64,000 nt of DNA from the IMG/VR virus record IMGVR_UViG_3300045988_141012, one strand, 5' to 3'. This stretch comes from a virus. Positions 23,673-34,414 of the stretch are shown piece by piece. The notes below the pieces were generated by a model, which ran no database searches, was not told the DNA's origin, and saw only the letters and a program-made list of their open reading frames with translations. The translations under genes were made by a program, and so were the position numbers. Position 1 is the first letter of the stretch. Every line of letters begins with the position of its first letter.

Positions 23673-25967
23673 ATGGCTCATCTAAATTTAAAAAAAAAAG
23701 ATGCACATATTTTTACTCAAGCAGGTGTGACTATTCAAAACTTATTGAATTTGATTCAGTCATTTGAAACAAATGAACTTGAAGAGTTAAGAGATTTAAT
23801 TGTAGCAATTAAAGATATTAACACAACAGATGATGACCAAAGTTTTAAGCAACAATTATTGAATGTATTTGATAATGCGGTAATGGAAGATGAAGTTACA
23901 ACAAAACTTGACAATACAAGCACTCTCCCCCCTCAAGCCAAAATTGTAAAGAGTGCAATAGATGATGTTCTCGATAGGATTAAACAGACTAATTCAGATT
24001 TAAGTGATGAGATTTACAATAGACAAACTGGAGACCAAGATATAACTACTTTGGTGGAAAATGAAAGTCTATCAAGACAAAATGCGGATGATAAAATCAA
24101 CAGAGAATTATATGGAAGTACAACAAATAGTTATACACTTTCCTCTGATATTGATCCTGCTCAAGTTGATGTCACTATTCAAGGTGGCTCTGGTGTTTTA
24201 AGTGTTGATATAGAAAATTTGACAAACGCCTTTGTTCTTAATGGAACAAAGGTTGTATCAGAGGGTAAAACAGTTGCAACATATCAGATTGAGTACGGTG
24301 AAAATATATCAAGACTTTTTGCAGTTGTTGATTATAATGTACAATTAAAAACATTTGATTTCAAATTAGTAAATGTAGATGATATAACTTCATCTGTCGA
24401 TGGTAATGTGGCTACACTTGTATTAGGATTAATAGAGTTTAACTATGGCTTTAATACAGGGCAAGGATATATTTTAAACAAAGTTACAAAGAATTTTCCA
24501 TATACATATCAAAATGTATCACAGAACACAGTTATCAAAATAAACGGATTAGCTGATTTGCAGACTATTGATAAGTCAAGTTTTATGTCTGCCATTAATG
24601 AATTAGCAAGAACTGATATGAAGGTTAATGTATCTTTGAACGACATAAAAAAGGAACTTAATGGTATGTCAAAAGGCGGTATTTGGCATTATGGTGAGGT
24701 ATTGACACACACCGCTAATTTAAGTACCCCTGTAATAAACAATAGTGTTGATGCAAATATAGGCGACTTTTATCTTAACTCAAATACATTTTCAGTGTAT
24801 TTTTGTGTAGGAGATGATAATGGCAATCATAATTGGTTATATATCGGCAATTTGACAGGAAGTTTTGATTACTCAAACTATGCGAGTGTTGATTCTCCAC
24901 ATTTTGAAGGAATACCGACAGCACCTACTCCGTCTGTATCAAATAATTCACGACAAGTTGCAACCACAGAATATGTGAGAAGTGCTATTGATAAATATGC
25001 AAGTGGTGATAGCAGCGAAAATATTGATGAGTTAGACAAAATAGTAGATGATATCTATTGTGACAATAAAGAGTGGACTTGCACAAAAGTCGATCGAAAA
25101 TTCCCAAACGTCACATTAAAAGATACTTCTACTGGTGAAATTCAAATTAATTGTATTGATTTTGGAAGATTTAGATTTTCTGAAAGTTTACCAACCGAAA
25201 TTTCATTGTTTAGTTCAACTTCATCAAAAGAGAAGATTACTACACCAAATAAGGCGGTTTTGACTTATGTACCACAGTCGGGAGAGGAAATATATATTAA
25301 TGCTGAGTATGATTGGTCTGAAAACGTTTTACAGTTGTCTTTGGCAAGTAATAAAATTGATGAACATAAGCAAGTTGATTGGATTGATTCGGCAAACAAG
25401 AGATGGCAATTTACATTAGGTTATTATGTTGTTACGTTAGCACAAGATACTTCCAAACAATATAGTATTCAATCTCAGACGTATACCCTACTTGATAATG
25501 GATATTTTTATTTTGCAAATGCATCATATAAGATGCCATTGTCAGAACTTCCGACGACAAATCACACAAGCATTTTATCTTCAATTATCGAAGTTTCAAA
25601 TAATATATCTCAACTAAAGAGTGAGCTTGCAATTGAAAGAAATAATATTGCCGAGACTATATACTCTTTACATCCTACTGTTGAACAAATAACAATAAGT
25701 GCTGATAATAAACCGTCTAATAATTGGTATGGAAGTTTAATTACAACTGAAGTAAACGAATTGTTTGTTTTGGATAATCAGTTAGGAGATTTTTTTAAAG
25801 GGACTTACAATAAACAAGGTAATTTTCTTTATACCAATGACGAAATTGGTTATGTATTAACAAAAGATATTTTGCTAAATCAAAAAGCTTTTTGTCGTGT
25901 GCTTTCTAATCCTACGTCAGGAGTAGATAGTGTTTTTGGAGAAATAGAAGTGTTATTAACATTCTAA
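23673..25967 (+). CDS. Tail fibre protein
   Basis: Contains SPHFEGIPTAPTPSVSNNSRQVATTEYV, the P.F.G.PTAPT....S..(I/V)ATT.(F/Y)V motif common in phage tail fibres. Confidence 0.7.
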   Translation: MAHLNLKKKDAHIFTQAGVTIQNLLNLIQSFETNELEELRDLIVAIKDINTTDDDQSFKQQLLNVFDNAVMEDEVTTKLDNTSTLPPQAKIVKSAIDDVLDRIKQTNSDLSDEIYNRQTGDQDITTLVENESLSRQNADDKINRELYGSTTNSYTLSSDIDPAQVDVTIQGGSGVLSVDIENLTNAFVLNGTKVVSEGKTVATYQIEYGENISRLFAVVDYNVQLKTFDFKLVNVDDITSSVDGNVATLVLGLIEFNYGFNTGQGYILNKVTKNFPYTYQNVSQNTVIKINGLADLQTIDKSSFMSAINELARTDMKVNVSLNDIKKELNGMSKGGIWHYGEVLTHTANLSTPVINNSVDANIGDFYLNSNTFSVYFCVGDDNGNHNWLYIGNLTGSFDYSNYASVDSPHFEGIPTAPTPSVSNNSRQVATTEYVRSAIDKYASGDSSENIDELDKIVDDIYCDNKEWTCTKVDRKFPNVTLKDTSTGEIQINCIDFGRFRFSESLPTEISLFSSTSSKEKITTPNKAVLTYVPQSGEEIYINAEYDWSENVLQLSLASNKIDEHKQVDWIDSANKRWQFTLGYYVVTLAQDTSKQYSIQSQTYTLLDNGYFYFANASYKMPLSELPTTNHTSILSSIIEVSNNISQLKSELAIERNNIAETIYSLHPTVEQITISADNKPSNNWYGSLITTEVNELFVLDNQLGDFFKGTYNKQGNFLYTNDEIGYVLTKDILLNQKAFCRVLSNPTSGVDSVFGEIEVLLTF

Positions 25968-25982
25968 GAGGAGGAATTTATT

Positions 25983-26264
25983 ATGACAAACATTAACTGG
26001 AAAGTAAGAATTAAAAATCCGATGTTTTGGGTACAAATTGTAGTTGCTATTTTTGTCCCTGTACTTGGCTATATGGGTATCACAGCACAGGACTTGACTA
26101 CATGGCAAGCAGTAGGCAATGTAATATTGACAGCTTTTTCTAATCCATATGTATTGCTGTTGATGGCAACGAGTGTTTATAATGCTATTATTGACCCAAC
26201 TACAACAGGCATTACAGATAGCAAAATGGCACTTACATACAACACGCCTAACAGTGATAAATAA
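25983..26264 (+). CDS. Holin (phi-LC3-like small holin)
   Basis: 93 aa. N-terminus NWKVRIKNPMFWVQIVVAIFVPVLGYMGI...DLTTWQAVGNVIL followed by TM segments. It lies directly upstream of the amidase. Confidence 0.8.
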   Translation: MTNINWKVRIKNPMFWVQIVVAIFVPVLGYMGITAQDLTTWQAVGNVILTAFSNPYVLLLMATSVYNAIIDPTTTGITDSKMALTYNTPNSDK

Positions 26265-26328
26265 GAGAACATTCATCCTATGCGAATGTTCTTTTTTTTG
26301 TGCAAAAATTAAAGAAAGGAAGATTGCT

Positions 26329-27291
26329 ATGAATATAATTGAAGTTGCTTATAAATGGCACGGTGGCTTTACAAAGCGTTCACGCACAGATTTTATAGCG
26401 TTACATCACGCAGAAGCAGTTAAATGTACTCCACAAGATATACACAGTTGGCACGTCTCAAATGGTTGGACAGGCATCGGTTATCATTTCTTTGTACGTA
26501 AGGACGGCACAATTTATCGTGGTCGTCCGCTTGATGTGGTTGGTGCTCACGTTCAAGGTATGAACAGTTGTTCTATTGGCATTTGTGCTGAAGGTGATTA
26601 TCATACAAAAGAAAAGACAATGCCACAAGCACAAAAGAAATCTATTATCGAGTTATGTCAATATCTTAAAAAGAATTATTATCCAAATGCAAAGATAGTT
26701 GGACATAGAGAAATCGGTGACAGTAATTGTCCTGGTCGATATTATCCACTTGATGAAATTAAATTTGCTGTTGCCGGAGGAATTACTGTTCAAGCAGAAA
26801 ATCCTCAAAAGATTGCTTTGGATAAGTTGGTAATGAAGGGTATTATTACAGATGCATCTCAATGGGTACTTACTGATTTCTTGACAAATGCAAAGACAGT
26901 TAGAGTTCTCGACCTGCTTTCAGGCGGTACTTGGACAAGCGAGAAAACAAATTCAAGTATTCATTGGGCTCAGCCAAATGTCATCTCTTTAGCATCTAAG
27001 GATGGTGGTTCTTCGGACGGAACAAAAGTCATTGAAGATATTGACGGAATGGTTAATAAACTAAATGTTTGGATTTCTAAGGCTACACTATTGGCTTTGG
27101 TTGATAAGCTTACAGGCGGCACAAAAGAAAAATACAAGAATAGAAAAACAGACCATTGGGGCAGAAATTGTCTTGATAGCCTTTGTGACAAAGGCATAAT
27201 TACAGACGTTAAGTATTGGGACTCCGATTTCGAATCTACAGTAGAAAACGGAGTTTTTTTAGTGCTTTGTTGTAATGCGTTTGGTCTTTGA
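26329..27291 (+). CDS. Endolysin, N-acetylmuramoyl-L-alanine amidase (Amidase_2/PGRP fold) with C-terminal binding domain
   Basis: RBS AAAGAAAGGAAG + ATG at 26329. Motifs ALHHAEA...GWTGIGYHFFV...GAHVQGMNSCSIGICAEG...NCPG. Confidence 0.85.
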   Translation: MNIIEVAYKWHGGFTKRSRTDFIALHHAEAVKCTPQDIHSWHVSNGWTGIGYHFFVRKDGTIYRGRPLDVVGAHVQGMNSCSIGICAEGDYHTKEKTMPQAQKKSIIELCQYLKKNYYPNAKIVGHREIGDSNCPGRYYPLDEIKFAVAGGITVQAENPQKIALDKLVMKGIITDASQWVLTDFLTNAKTVRVLDLLSGGTWTSEKTNSSIHWAQPNVISLASKDGGSSDGTKVIEDIDGMVNKLNVWISKATLLALVDKLTGGTKEKYKNRKTDHWGRNCLDSLCDKGIITDVKYWDSDFESTVENGVFLVLCCNAFGL

Positions 27292-27302
27292 GGGAGGGTT
27301 TA

Positions 27303-27983
27303 ATGTACACGATTACTCTATTAAACGATAGAAGATTATATGGAGCTCACAAAGAAGCAATTATGCAGTATGACAATATGGTCGGTAAAATTCAATTTTT
27401 AATTCCACAAACATATGACGGAAATGATATGAGAAATTTTACGACTGTATCATTGGAATATATCTCCCCTATTTCTCATTTGTATAAGCAAGAATTTTTA
27501 ACTTTATCTGAGGAATTGGTAGAATATGCTGATGAACAATATTTAGAATATTTGCTTCCTATTGGCTCAAAAATGACTGCTGAAAATGGGGATATTGAAT
27601 TACAACTATCGTTTTACCAAGTTTATATGGACGAAGATGGTGTAGTTCAAGACCCTGTTCTGAAAACACAATCTTGTAGGGTAAAAATTATTCCTACAAA
27701 GAACTGGGCTCAATTTGTACCGTCAGAATCTATGGCGGCACTTGACCAACGTATTGCTCAGTTGATTGCTTTGGAAGAAGAAATTACCGAATTACAAGGA
27801 CAGATTATTGAACATCATGACAATTTTATAAATGATGATGTTATTTCTGATAAGACAACATATTCGTCAAAGAAGATTGAAGAATTTATAGACAAGAATG
27901 AACTTGATGAAACCGTTGAAAATATAACAAATACTGAAAAACAAACAATCTCTGATGAAGAGATAGAAAATCTATTCAAATAA
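27303..27983 (+). CDS. Hypothetical structural/fibre-associated protein
   Basis: GAGGGAGGG RBS + ATG at 27303. ORF track. Confidence 0.6.
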   Translation: MYTITLLNDRRLYGAHKEAIMQYDNMVGKIQFLIPQTYDGNDMRNFTTVSLEYISPISHLYKQEFLTLSEELVEYADEQYLEYLLPIGSKMTAENGDIELQLSFYQVYMDEDGVVQDPVLKTQSCRVKIIPTKNWAQFVPSESMAALDQRIAQLIALEEEITELQGQIIEHHDNFINDDVISDKTTYSSKKIEEFIDKNELDETVENITNTEKQTISDEEIENLFK

Positions 27984-28073
27984 TTTAGGATAAATCGCAT
28001 TATGCCGGCTAACAATGCGTTTTATTATATACATAACTTATACACTTTTATTAAATTCAAGGAGGAAATTAGA

Positions 28074-28913
28074 ATGGCAAACGAAACACAAAAGTTTTTA
28101 AGTTACGAAGGTCTTGGTACATATGACAGTAAAGTCAAAGCTTATATTGTAGATAAGGCTGACGCTGCCAAGACATCTGCTATCAAAGCAGACGCGGTTG
28201 TAGTTACTACAGATGTAACAACAGAAGGATATGCAAAATCTTATACCTTCACTCAGAATGGTGCAACTATTGCTACGGTTGATATTCCAAAGGATATGGT
28301 CGTATCAAGTGGTAAAGTGGTTGTCAACCCTGAAGGACAGGATGAAGGCACATACCTTGAATTGACACTATCTAATGCAACAAGTGACAAAGTTTATATT
28401 AATGTTGGTAAGCTTGTAGACATTTACACTGCAAAAGCCAATGCAACTCAGGTTCAGATTGCTATTGATTCTGCAACAAGAGAAGTTAGTGCCACAATTG
28501 TTGCTGGTGGTGTAGGTTCAACAGAACTTGCTGACGGTGCAGTTATTACTGCTAAGATTGGTGATGCTCAAGTTACAAAAGCAAAATTAGGCACTGATGT
28601 ACAAGCTTCTATTGATAAAGCCGATTCTGCAATTCAGTCGGTTGCTACCGGTAAAACAGACGGTACAGTCGCTGTCGATGGCACAGATGTTTTAGTTGCA
28701 GGCTTAAAGTCTGCCGCATATGCTGAGACAACGGCTTTTGATGCGGCTGGTGTTGCAGATACAAAAGTAAAAGAACTTGCTGATGGTGCAGTAAAAACAA
28801 ATACAAGTGATATTTCAACACTAAAAACAAAAGTGGCTGATCTTGAATCTGTTACTATTGAAGCAATCTCAACAGATGAAATAAATGCTCTATTTACAAA
28901 AGCGACTGAATAA
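28074..28913 (+). CDS. Fibre/structural protein with Ala/Thr/Val-rich repeats
   Basis: AAGGAGG RBS + ATG at 28074. The N-terminal KFLSYEGLGTYDSKVKAYI motif recurs in neighbouring fibre genes. Confidence 0.65.
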   Translation: MANETQKFLSYEGLGTYDSKVKAYIVDKADAAKTSAIKADAVVVTTDVTTEGYAKSYTFTQNGATIATVDIPKDMVVSSGKVVVNPEGQDEGTYLELTLSNATSDKVYINVGKLVDIYTAKANATQVQIAIDSATREVSATIVAGGVGSTELADGAVITAKIGDAQVTKAKLGTDVQASIDKADSAIQSVATGKTDGTVAVDGTDVLVAGLKSAAYAETTAFDAAGVADTKVKELADGAVKTNTSDISTLKTKVADLESVTIEAISTDEINALFTKATE

Positions 28914-29038
28914 TTTATTCTCTGATTAATTCAAGGTGATACATATTTCTAAGGGAAGGGTGACGACTCTTCCCTTTTTGTATTGCTTGATACTATATGT
29001 TTTTGCAAAAATATATAACTCGTTTTGGAGGAAAGAAA

Positions 29039-29185
29039 ATGGAAGAAAAGAAATTTTTAGATTTAAATGGTTTAAAAATAGTTGTAAATAACATCGAGAA
29101 CAAGATAGATGGAAACAAAGCTGACATATCTTTTACTGATGATACTACTTATGAACCGTTAGAAGAAACGGAGGCAAGTTCATAA
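29039..29185 (+). CDS. Small fibre-module protein (48 aa)
   Basis: GGAGGAAAGAAA-ATG. KFLDLNGLKIVVNNIENKI matches the N-terminal motif of adjacent fibre proteins. Confidence 0.5.
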   Translation: MEEKKFLDLNGLKIVVNNIENKIDGNKADISFTDDTTYEPLEETEASS

Positions 29186-29859
29186 TGGCTATGTCTTTAA
29201 AGGAAAGCTTAGAAAGCTTAAAAAATCAAACATCTGCATACACTCCATCAGTAATGATGCTTGAACCAGATACTGAACCAGAGATAACAGTTGATATGGA
29301 CAATAGAACGATTACTGTTCCGTCTGAATTGCAGACAATAGGTGTAGCCACTGAAAATAATGCCGAAACAGTTTACATTCGTGTTCCGTCTATTACATTT
29401 GACGGAATTGGTTTAACTGATAAGACTGCCTATATCTATTTTGTGAATGCCGGCAAAGAAGTGAATATTTACAAAGTGACAGATGTTGTCGTTGAAGATA
29501 GTTCTATTAAGCTTGGATGGACAATTACTAATGATGTTACTCGTTATGCAGGAACGGTATCATTCTCTTTGTCGTTTGAGTTGGATAATTCATATAAATG
29601 GACAACCACACCTGCTACTTTAACGGTTCTTAAAGGATTGGACATTGACCAAACAATTTCAAAACAAGACACTGCTATCGTATCTGCTCTATATGACAAG
29701 GTTAATGCTCTTAATACAAAGGTAGACAATGCTGTAAATTCAATGGATAATTCAGTTGCAACAATCAACTCATTGCAGAGTGCTATACAATCGTTGCAGT
29801 CGGAATTAAACTACATAAAAGAACACGTTGTTTACGTGATAGATGATATTGAAAATTAG
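29185..29859 (+). CDS. Fibre-module protein
   Basis: TAATG coupling. ORF track. Confidence 0.65.
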   Translation: MAMSLKESLESLKNQTSAYTPSVMMLEPDTEPEITVDMDNRTITVPSELQTIGVATENNAETVYIRVPSITFDGIGLTDKTAYIYFVNAGKEVNIYKVTDVVVEDSSIKLGWTITNDVTRYAGTVSFSLSFELDNSYKWTTTPATLTVLKGLDIDQTISKQDTAIVSALYDKVNALNTKVDNAVNSMDNSVATINSLQSAIQSLQSELNYIKEHVVYVIDDIEN

Positions 29860-29873
29860 AAAGGAGGAACTTA

Positions 29874-31379
29874 ATGGCTAAAGCAAAATATTTTACACAA
29901 AATAACGAAAAAGTATATCCTATATCACACACCAAAGCAGTATATGATGGCAATGGTAAAGTCTTAGAGGATAGATTAACTGAAGATGAAACTGCAATTT
30001 CAAGCCTACAAACGGACGTAAAAGGCAAAGCCGATAAGACTGATGTAGACAATAAGTTAAGCTCAAATAGTGCCATTTCTGATACTACTGTGGCTTTTAC
30101 AGAGGCTTCAGCAAGGGAAAATATTGTTTCAAATGAAAAGAGTTCTACTTTATTTGGTAAAGTTCAAAAATGGTTCTCTGATTTAAAAAAAGTTGCTTTT
30201 ACAGGTAGTTATTCTGATTTGATTGATACTCCGTCAAATGCTACTACTACCATTAATGGTTTAATGTCGTCAAGCGATAAAATAAAATTAAACGGAATAT
30301 CAAGTAATGCAAATAACTATATTCACCCCACTACATCTGGCAATAAACACATACCAAGTGGAGGCTCATCAGGTCAAATATTGAAATGGTCGGCAGATGG
30401 CACTGCTATATGGGGAACTGAAAAAACATATAGTAATGCTACTACTTCAAGTTCAGGGTTGATGAGTGCAAGCGACAAAACAGACCTCGATGCTTGTGTA
30501 GAAACTTTAAGTGCCGATGCGTCTATGTTTCTTAGTTCCATTAAATCTCCAGCTCCTGCTGAATTTGAATTTGTTGAAACTTTATCATTAAGTAATTTAA
30601 CTTTAACAGGTGATGTAGTATTTTCCGATACGGGTTTATTTAATGGATATGCTTCATTAACTGAAATCACATCAGGACTTAATGATATTTTTCAAAAGAA
30701 TATTGATAACGGATTTGATTTTGTTTACTATATGGTACATAATACAAGCAGTAAACGATTTGAATTTTCCGCTACTGACCCATTGTATATATCCAGTAGT
30801 CAGGGTGGCAAATGGTATTACGACGGCAATGAGATAGCCACTAAGTCTGATATCCCAAGTACGTCTGATTTCCTTAAAACATCTGGCGGTACTTTATCTG
30901 GTAATACAACTTTGACTTCAGGATATGGTTTCTTGTCAAGTTATAGTAGTAACCTTAAATTACTAAGAGTGAATTCAAGTTCAAATTACTTCGGCGAACA
31001 AGGTGGAGCTACTGCAATGTATAACTATTTTGGTTATAGAAATAGTGCCAATACAACTACAATAACTAATCATTTTGGTAGTAGTTATAATTCATCTTAT
31101 AAGACAAATCTTAGCAACTATTACGGAAGATATGCTGCCACAAACTATTTCGGTTCAAGTGCTACAACAAATTATTTCGGCGATAGTTCAACTACATCAT
31201 ATTACAGGGGTAATACTATATACCTTGGTAGCTCAATATCTTATCCTGTGTATATGCAAGGCAGCACTTCATATAGAGTTGTAGGAACAACTACTGGATA
31301 CAACACTAAAATCCATGTGGCAAGTTCACAACCAAGTAATATGGCGGTAGGAGATATATGGTTTAAAATACCATCTTAA
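29874..31379 (+). CDS. Tail fibre protein with GLMSxxDKxKL repeats
   Basis: AGGAGG RBS. NGLMSSSDKIKLNGI and SGLMSASDKTDLD repeats are typical of fibre shafts. The C-terminal region has NYFG repeats. Confidence 0.7.
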   Translation: MAKAKYFTQNNEKVYPISHTKAVYDGNGKVLEDRLTEDETAISSLQTDVKGKADKTDVDNKLSSNSAISDTTVAFTEASARENIVSNEKSSTLFGKVQKWFSDLKKVAFTGSYSDLIDTPSNATTTINGLMSSSDKIKLNGISSNANNYIHPTTSGNKHIPSGGSSGQILKWSADGTAIWGTEKTYSNATTSSSGLMSASDKTDLDACVETLSADASMFLSSIKSPAPAEFEFVETLSLSNLTLTGDVVFSDTGLFNGYASLTEITSGLNDIFQKNIDNGFDFVYYMVHNTSSKRFEFSATDPLYISSSQGGKWYYDGNEIATKSDIPSTSDFLKTSGGTLSGNTTLTSGYGFLSSYSSNLKLLRVNSSSNYFGEQGGATAMYNYFGYRNSANTTTITNHFGSSYNSSYKTNLSNYYGRYAATNYFGSSATTNYFGDSSTTSYYRGNTIYLGSSISYPVYMQGSTSYRVVGTTTGYNTKIHVASSQPSNMAVGDIWFKIPS

Positions 31380-31395
31380 TGGGAGGTGAAGAATA

Positions 31396-33075
31396 ATGGC
31401 AACGGGTTTATGGACAGATTATAAAGCATCATCTTTTGCTGGTGGCAGTGGAACTTCATCTTCTCCATATCAAATTTCAAATGCTGCCCAATTAGCTTAT
31501 ATGGCTTATTTAGTAAATAGCAATACAACTTATAGAAATAAATATTATCAGCTAACTGCTGACATAGATTTATCTGCTCATTATTGGTATCCTATTGGTA
31601 AAGAAAACTATTCTTTTAATGGTACGTTTGATGGACAGTATCATACTATTTCAAACATGACAATAGATAACACGGTAACAGGTATGGGTGTAAAATACTT
31701 GGGTCTTTTTGGTTATATAGGTAAATACAATTTAACTGTCACTATAAAAAATTTATTTATGAATAACGCTATGATAACAGATAGCTCTGCTACTTATACG
31801 TCTTTTTTGGTAGGACACAATGGAGATAAATTATATTTAAATAATATTTCTATTGATAATTCAGAACTTGTTTATGCAAGCAGTACAACTGTTTCTACTA
31901 CGGGAACTTATTTTGGAGGGCTTGTGGGATATTCTAATAATTTGTTATCAATAGATAATGCCAATATATATAAAACAAACATTCGTAGTAATAAGGAAAT
32001 GACTGGCGGTTGTATTGGTTATTGTAACAACACTGGTTCTCTTACAATAACCAATGTGAACAGTATTATTGACGAACTGATGACTTCTAACACCGTGGCT
32101 AAATTAGGTGGGCTTGTAGGAGAAGTTGAAATTAAAACTGGTTCGTATATTACTATTCAATACATATCTGTGTATATAAAAGATAGTGCTGGGTCAGGCT
32201 CGTATTATGGAGGATTAATCGGATATGTTGTTCAATATTCGTCTTATTACACAACATATCTTAAAATTTTAGACTCCATAACAGACGTTACTTTAATTCT
32301 ATCAAAGGGGACGTTTAAGACGTATGTTGGTGGTTGGAAATATAGTCCTGTAGAAAGTACCATTAAGTCAAGAATGAGTAATCTTTGGTATAACAGTAAC
32401 TCAACAAATAATAACGGTGCATATAGTGGATTATTTACTTCGACTGATAGTACAGATGTTGTTACAGCGGTAGATTTTTCAGCAAGTAATTCGGCGACAG
32501 TAAATTCAGACTGGAGCTCAACTCTACGAATTTATAACGCTGCATACCATCTTGCTTGTCGTAAGTTCTCGGTAGAAACGTTGCAGTCTGGTTCAGTTAC
32601 TTATCGGAATATTATTTTGCTTAATGATATGTATACACGAAAACATTCTCTAGTTCCTATTAAAATGTTGTTGATTATGGATATGGGTGGCGACAATCCA
32701 TATGAAGAAAATTTAACAACAGGAAAATATTTCTTGGTAACTGGAACTTCTTTTACATTGCCAAAAGCAGATAAATATTCGTATCTTGAACAAAAATTAA
32801 ATTTACGTAGTTTAACTGACTCAGACAAATATTTATCTAAATCTCTAGAATCAGAAGCTACTTCTGTATATTATTCACCAAGTGATACGATTAACAATAT
32901 TACTACGGATATTTATTTGTGGACAGATAGTATAGATACAACAAAGATACTTACCTACAAAAAAGACAACAGCACAATCGTCAATATTGAGGATATTTAT
33001 GATAAAACAACATCATCAACAATGAAAGTGATAACCGACTATAAGTACAGAAAAGATAGTTCAACAATGGTATAA
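31396..33075 (+). CDS. GLUG-motif beta-helix protein (probable receptor-binding/adhesin protein)
   Basis: GSGTSSSPYQISNAAQLAYMA...YYQLTADIDLSAHYWYPIG...FNGTFDGQYHTISNMTI plus repeated GGLVGY/GGLIGY (GLUG) motifs. Confidence 0.7.
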   Translation: MATGLWTDYKASSFAGGSGTSSSPYQISNAAQLAYMAYLVNSNTTYRNKYYQLTADIDLSAHYWYPIGKENYSFNGTFDGQYHTISNMTIDNTVTGMGVKYLGLFGYIGKYNLTVTIKNLFMNNAMITDSSATYTSFLVGHNGDKLYLNNISIDNSELVYASSTTVSTTGTYFGGLVGYSNNLLSIDNANIYKTNIRSNKEMTGGCIGYCNNTGSLTITNVNSIIDELMTSNTVAKLGGLVGEVEIKTGSYITIQYISVYIKDSAGSGSYYGGLIGYVVQYSSYYTTYLKILDSITDVTLILSKGTFKTYVGGWKYSPVESTIKSRMSNLWYNSNSTNNNGAYSGLFTSTDSTDVVTAVDFSASNSATVNSDWSSTLRIYNAAYHLACRKFSVETLQSGSVTYRNIILLNDMYTRKHSLVPIKMLLIMDMGGDNPYEENLTTGKYFLVTGTSFTLPKADKYSYLEQKLNLRSLTDSDKYLSKSLESEATSVYYSPSDTINNITTDIYLWTDSIDTTKILTYKKDNSTIVNIEDIYDKTTSSTMKVITDYKYRKDSSTMV

Positions 33076-33079
33076 AGGG

Positions 33080-33511
33080 GTGATTAATTTGTTAATTATT
33101 AATGATAAAATTCAAATTCAAGAAGGTGAAGAAATTTATGAAAGAGATTTTTTCACAAGAGGAGCTAAGAGAAAATGTATTCAAATAGAAATTCCAAAAC
33201 AAGATGGAGTAACATATGAAACACTTGTAAGTGCATTTACGGATGGTATTTCTATTGTTAGACGATTGACGGAAACAAGAATTGTTCCTCATCTTGTATC
33301 AGAGGCTACTGAAACAGAAGACGCAGTTTATGAAGATATTGCTGAAGAATATAATAAAGATTATTCTTTGACAAATTTTGTAGTAGCTGGTGATATTATT
33401 GATAAGAGAGATGGTTCATTTGTTGTTTATATGGGAGTTAAAACAGAGACTGAAATACTCGAGGAACAAAACGCTGAGCTTATGTTAACGCTTGTCGGAG
33501 GTGAAGAATAA
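33080..33511 (+). CDS. XkdW-position protein (hypothetical)
   Basis: ORF track. It lies immediately upstream of an XkdX-like gene. Confidence 0.55.
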   Translation: MINLLIINDKIQIQEGEEIYERDFFTRGAKRKCIQIEIPKQDGVTYETLVSAFTDGISIVRRLTETRIVPHLVSEATETEDAVYEDIAEEYNKDYSLTNFVVAGDIIDKRDGSFVVYMGVKTETEILEEQNAELMLTLVGGEE

Positions 33512-33666
33512 TGTATTACAATATGATACGAAAATATTATCTTGAAGGTTATGGTTATCCAAAGAAGTATTACACTGATGTTGATTTAGATAAGTTTGTA
33601 GTAAAAGGTATGATAACTCAACAACAGTCTGATGAGTTAAAAGCAGAAAAAGGAAGTGATAAATAA
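33511..33666 (+). CDS. XkdX-like small protein (51 aa)
   Basis: TAATG coupling. MYYNMIRKYYLEGYGYPKKYYTDVDLDKFVVKGMITQQQSDELK resembles the XkdX family (..Y..G..t..dl..fV.kG.IT...Y..I). Below the ORF-track cut-off. Confidence 0.6.
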   Translation: MYYNMIRKYYLEGYGYPKKYYTDVDLDKFVVKGMITQQQSDELKAEKGSDK

Positions 33667-33818
33667 TGGCTGAGACTGTTAAAAAGACAGTGGAGTTCCA
33701 AATAGAGGATATGAATGCTGTGATAAATTGTTTGAATGATATTAGTATTCGTGGGATAGATTGTATTAAATTTGCAAATGTTCTACATATTTTACAAAGC
33801 AAAGGTACTATTAAGTAA
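33666..33818 (+). CDS. Small hypothetical protein (50 aa)
   Basis: TAATG coupling to the XkdX-like gene. It encodes MAETVKKTVEFQIEDMNAVINCLNDISIRGIDCIKFANVLHILQSKGTIK. Confidence 0.45.
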   Translation: MAETVKKTVEFQIEDMNAVINCLNDISIRGIDCIKFANVLHILQSKGTIK

Positions 33819-33835
33819 GACACCAAGGAGGGCTA

Positions 33836-34387
33836 ATGGAAGTAATATCAGAATTACAAAATATAGATTTGACTTCGTGGATTATTGTTGGTTTTATGAT
33901 AATGGCAATCATTGTAACATTCTATGAGATCATATGTAAAGTATGTGCCATTTTCAATAAGCCAATAGGAGCAATGAAACAACGAAAGGCTGACCATGCA
34001 TTGTTAGTTGAGACGGTTCAGGATTTAAAGCAATTACACGAAAAGCACGAAGAAGATACTAAGCAGTCAATTAAGCACGATAAGATTATCAAGGAAGATT
34101 TAAAAGATTTAAATGAAACCATCTTACAGATTAAAGATGAGGTAACATTAATGCGAACTCAAAGAGATGGAGATAAACTTGCCGAATATAAAGATAAAAT
34201 TGGTGAAAGCTACAGATTTTATTCAATGAGAAAATATTCAGATGAAGAACCTGTCCCTTATTGGAATCACATGGAGAAAGAAGCATTGAAAGGTCTTATT
34301 ACTCAATATGAAATTCACGGGGGGAGCAATAGTTTTGTACATTCTATTGTTGAACCTAAAATGGAAACTTGGAAGGTAATTGATTAA
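33836..34387 (+). CDS. Membrane-anchored protein (N-terminal TM, charged coiled C-terminal region)
   Basis: AAGGAGGG RBS. TM segment WIIVGFMIMAIIVTFYEIICKV. Confidence 0.65.
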   Translation: MEVISELQNIDLTSWIIVGFMIMAIIVTFYEIICKVCAIFNKPIGAMKQRKADHALLVETVQDLKQLHEKHEEDTKQSIKHDKIIKEDLKDLNETILQIKDEVTLMRTQRDGDKLAEYKDKIGESYRFYSMRKYSDEEPVPYWNHMEKEALKGLITQYEIHGGSNSFVHSIVEPKMETWKVID

Positions 34388-34414
34388 AATCCAATAATCG
34401 AATATAGCACAAAC

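Noticed and set aside
26173-26328. N-terminal extension of the endolysin ORF overlapping the holin gene
   Set aside because: The extension overlaps the holin 3' end and the intergenic terminator-like T-run. A good RBS precedes the ATG at 26329, where the amidase domain begins.
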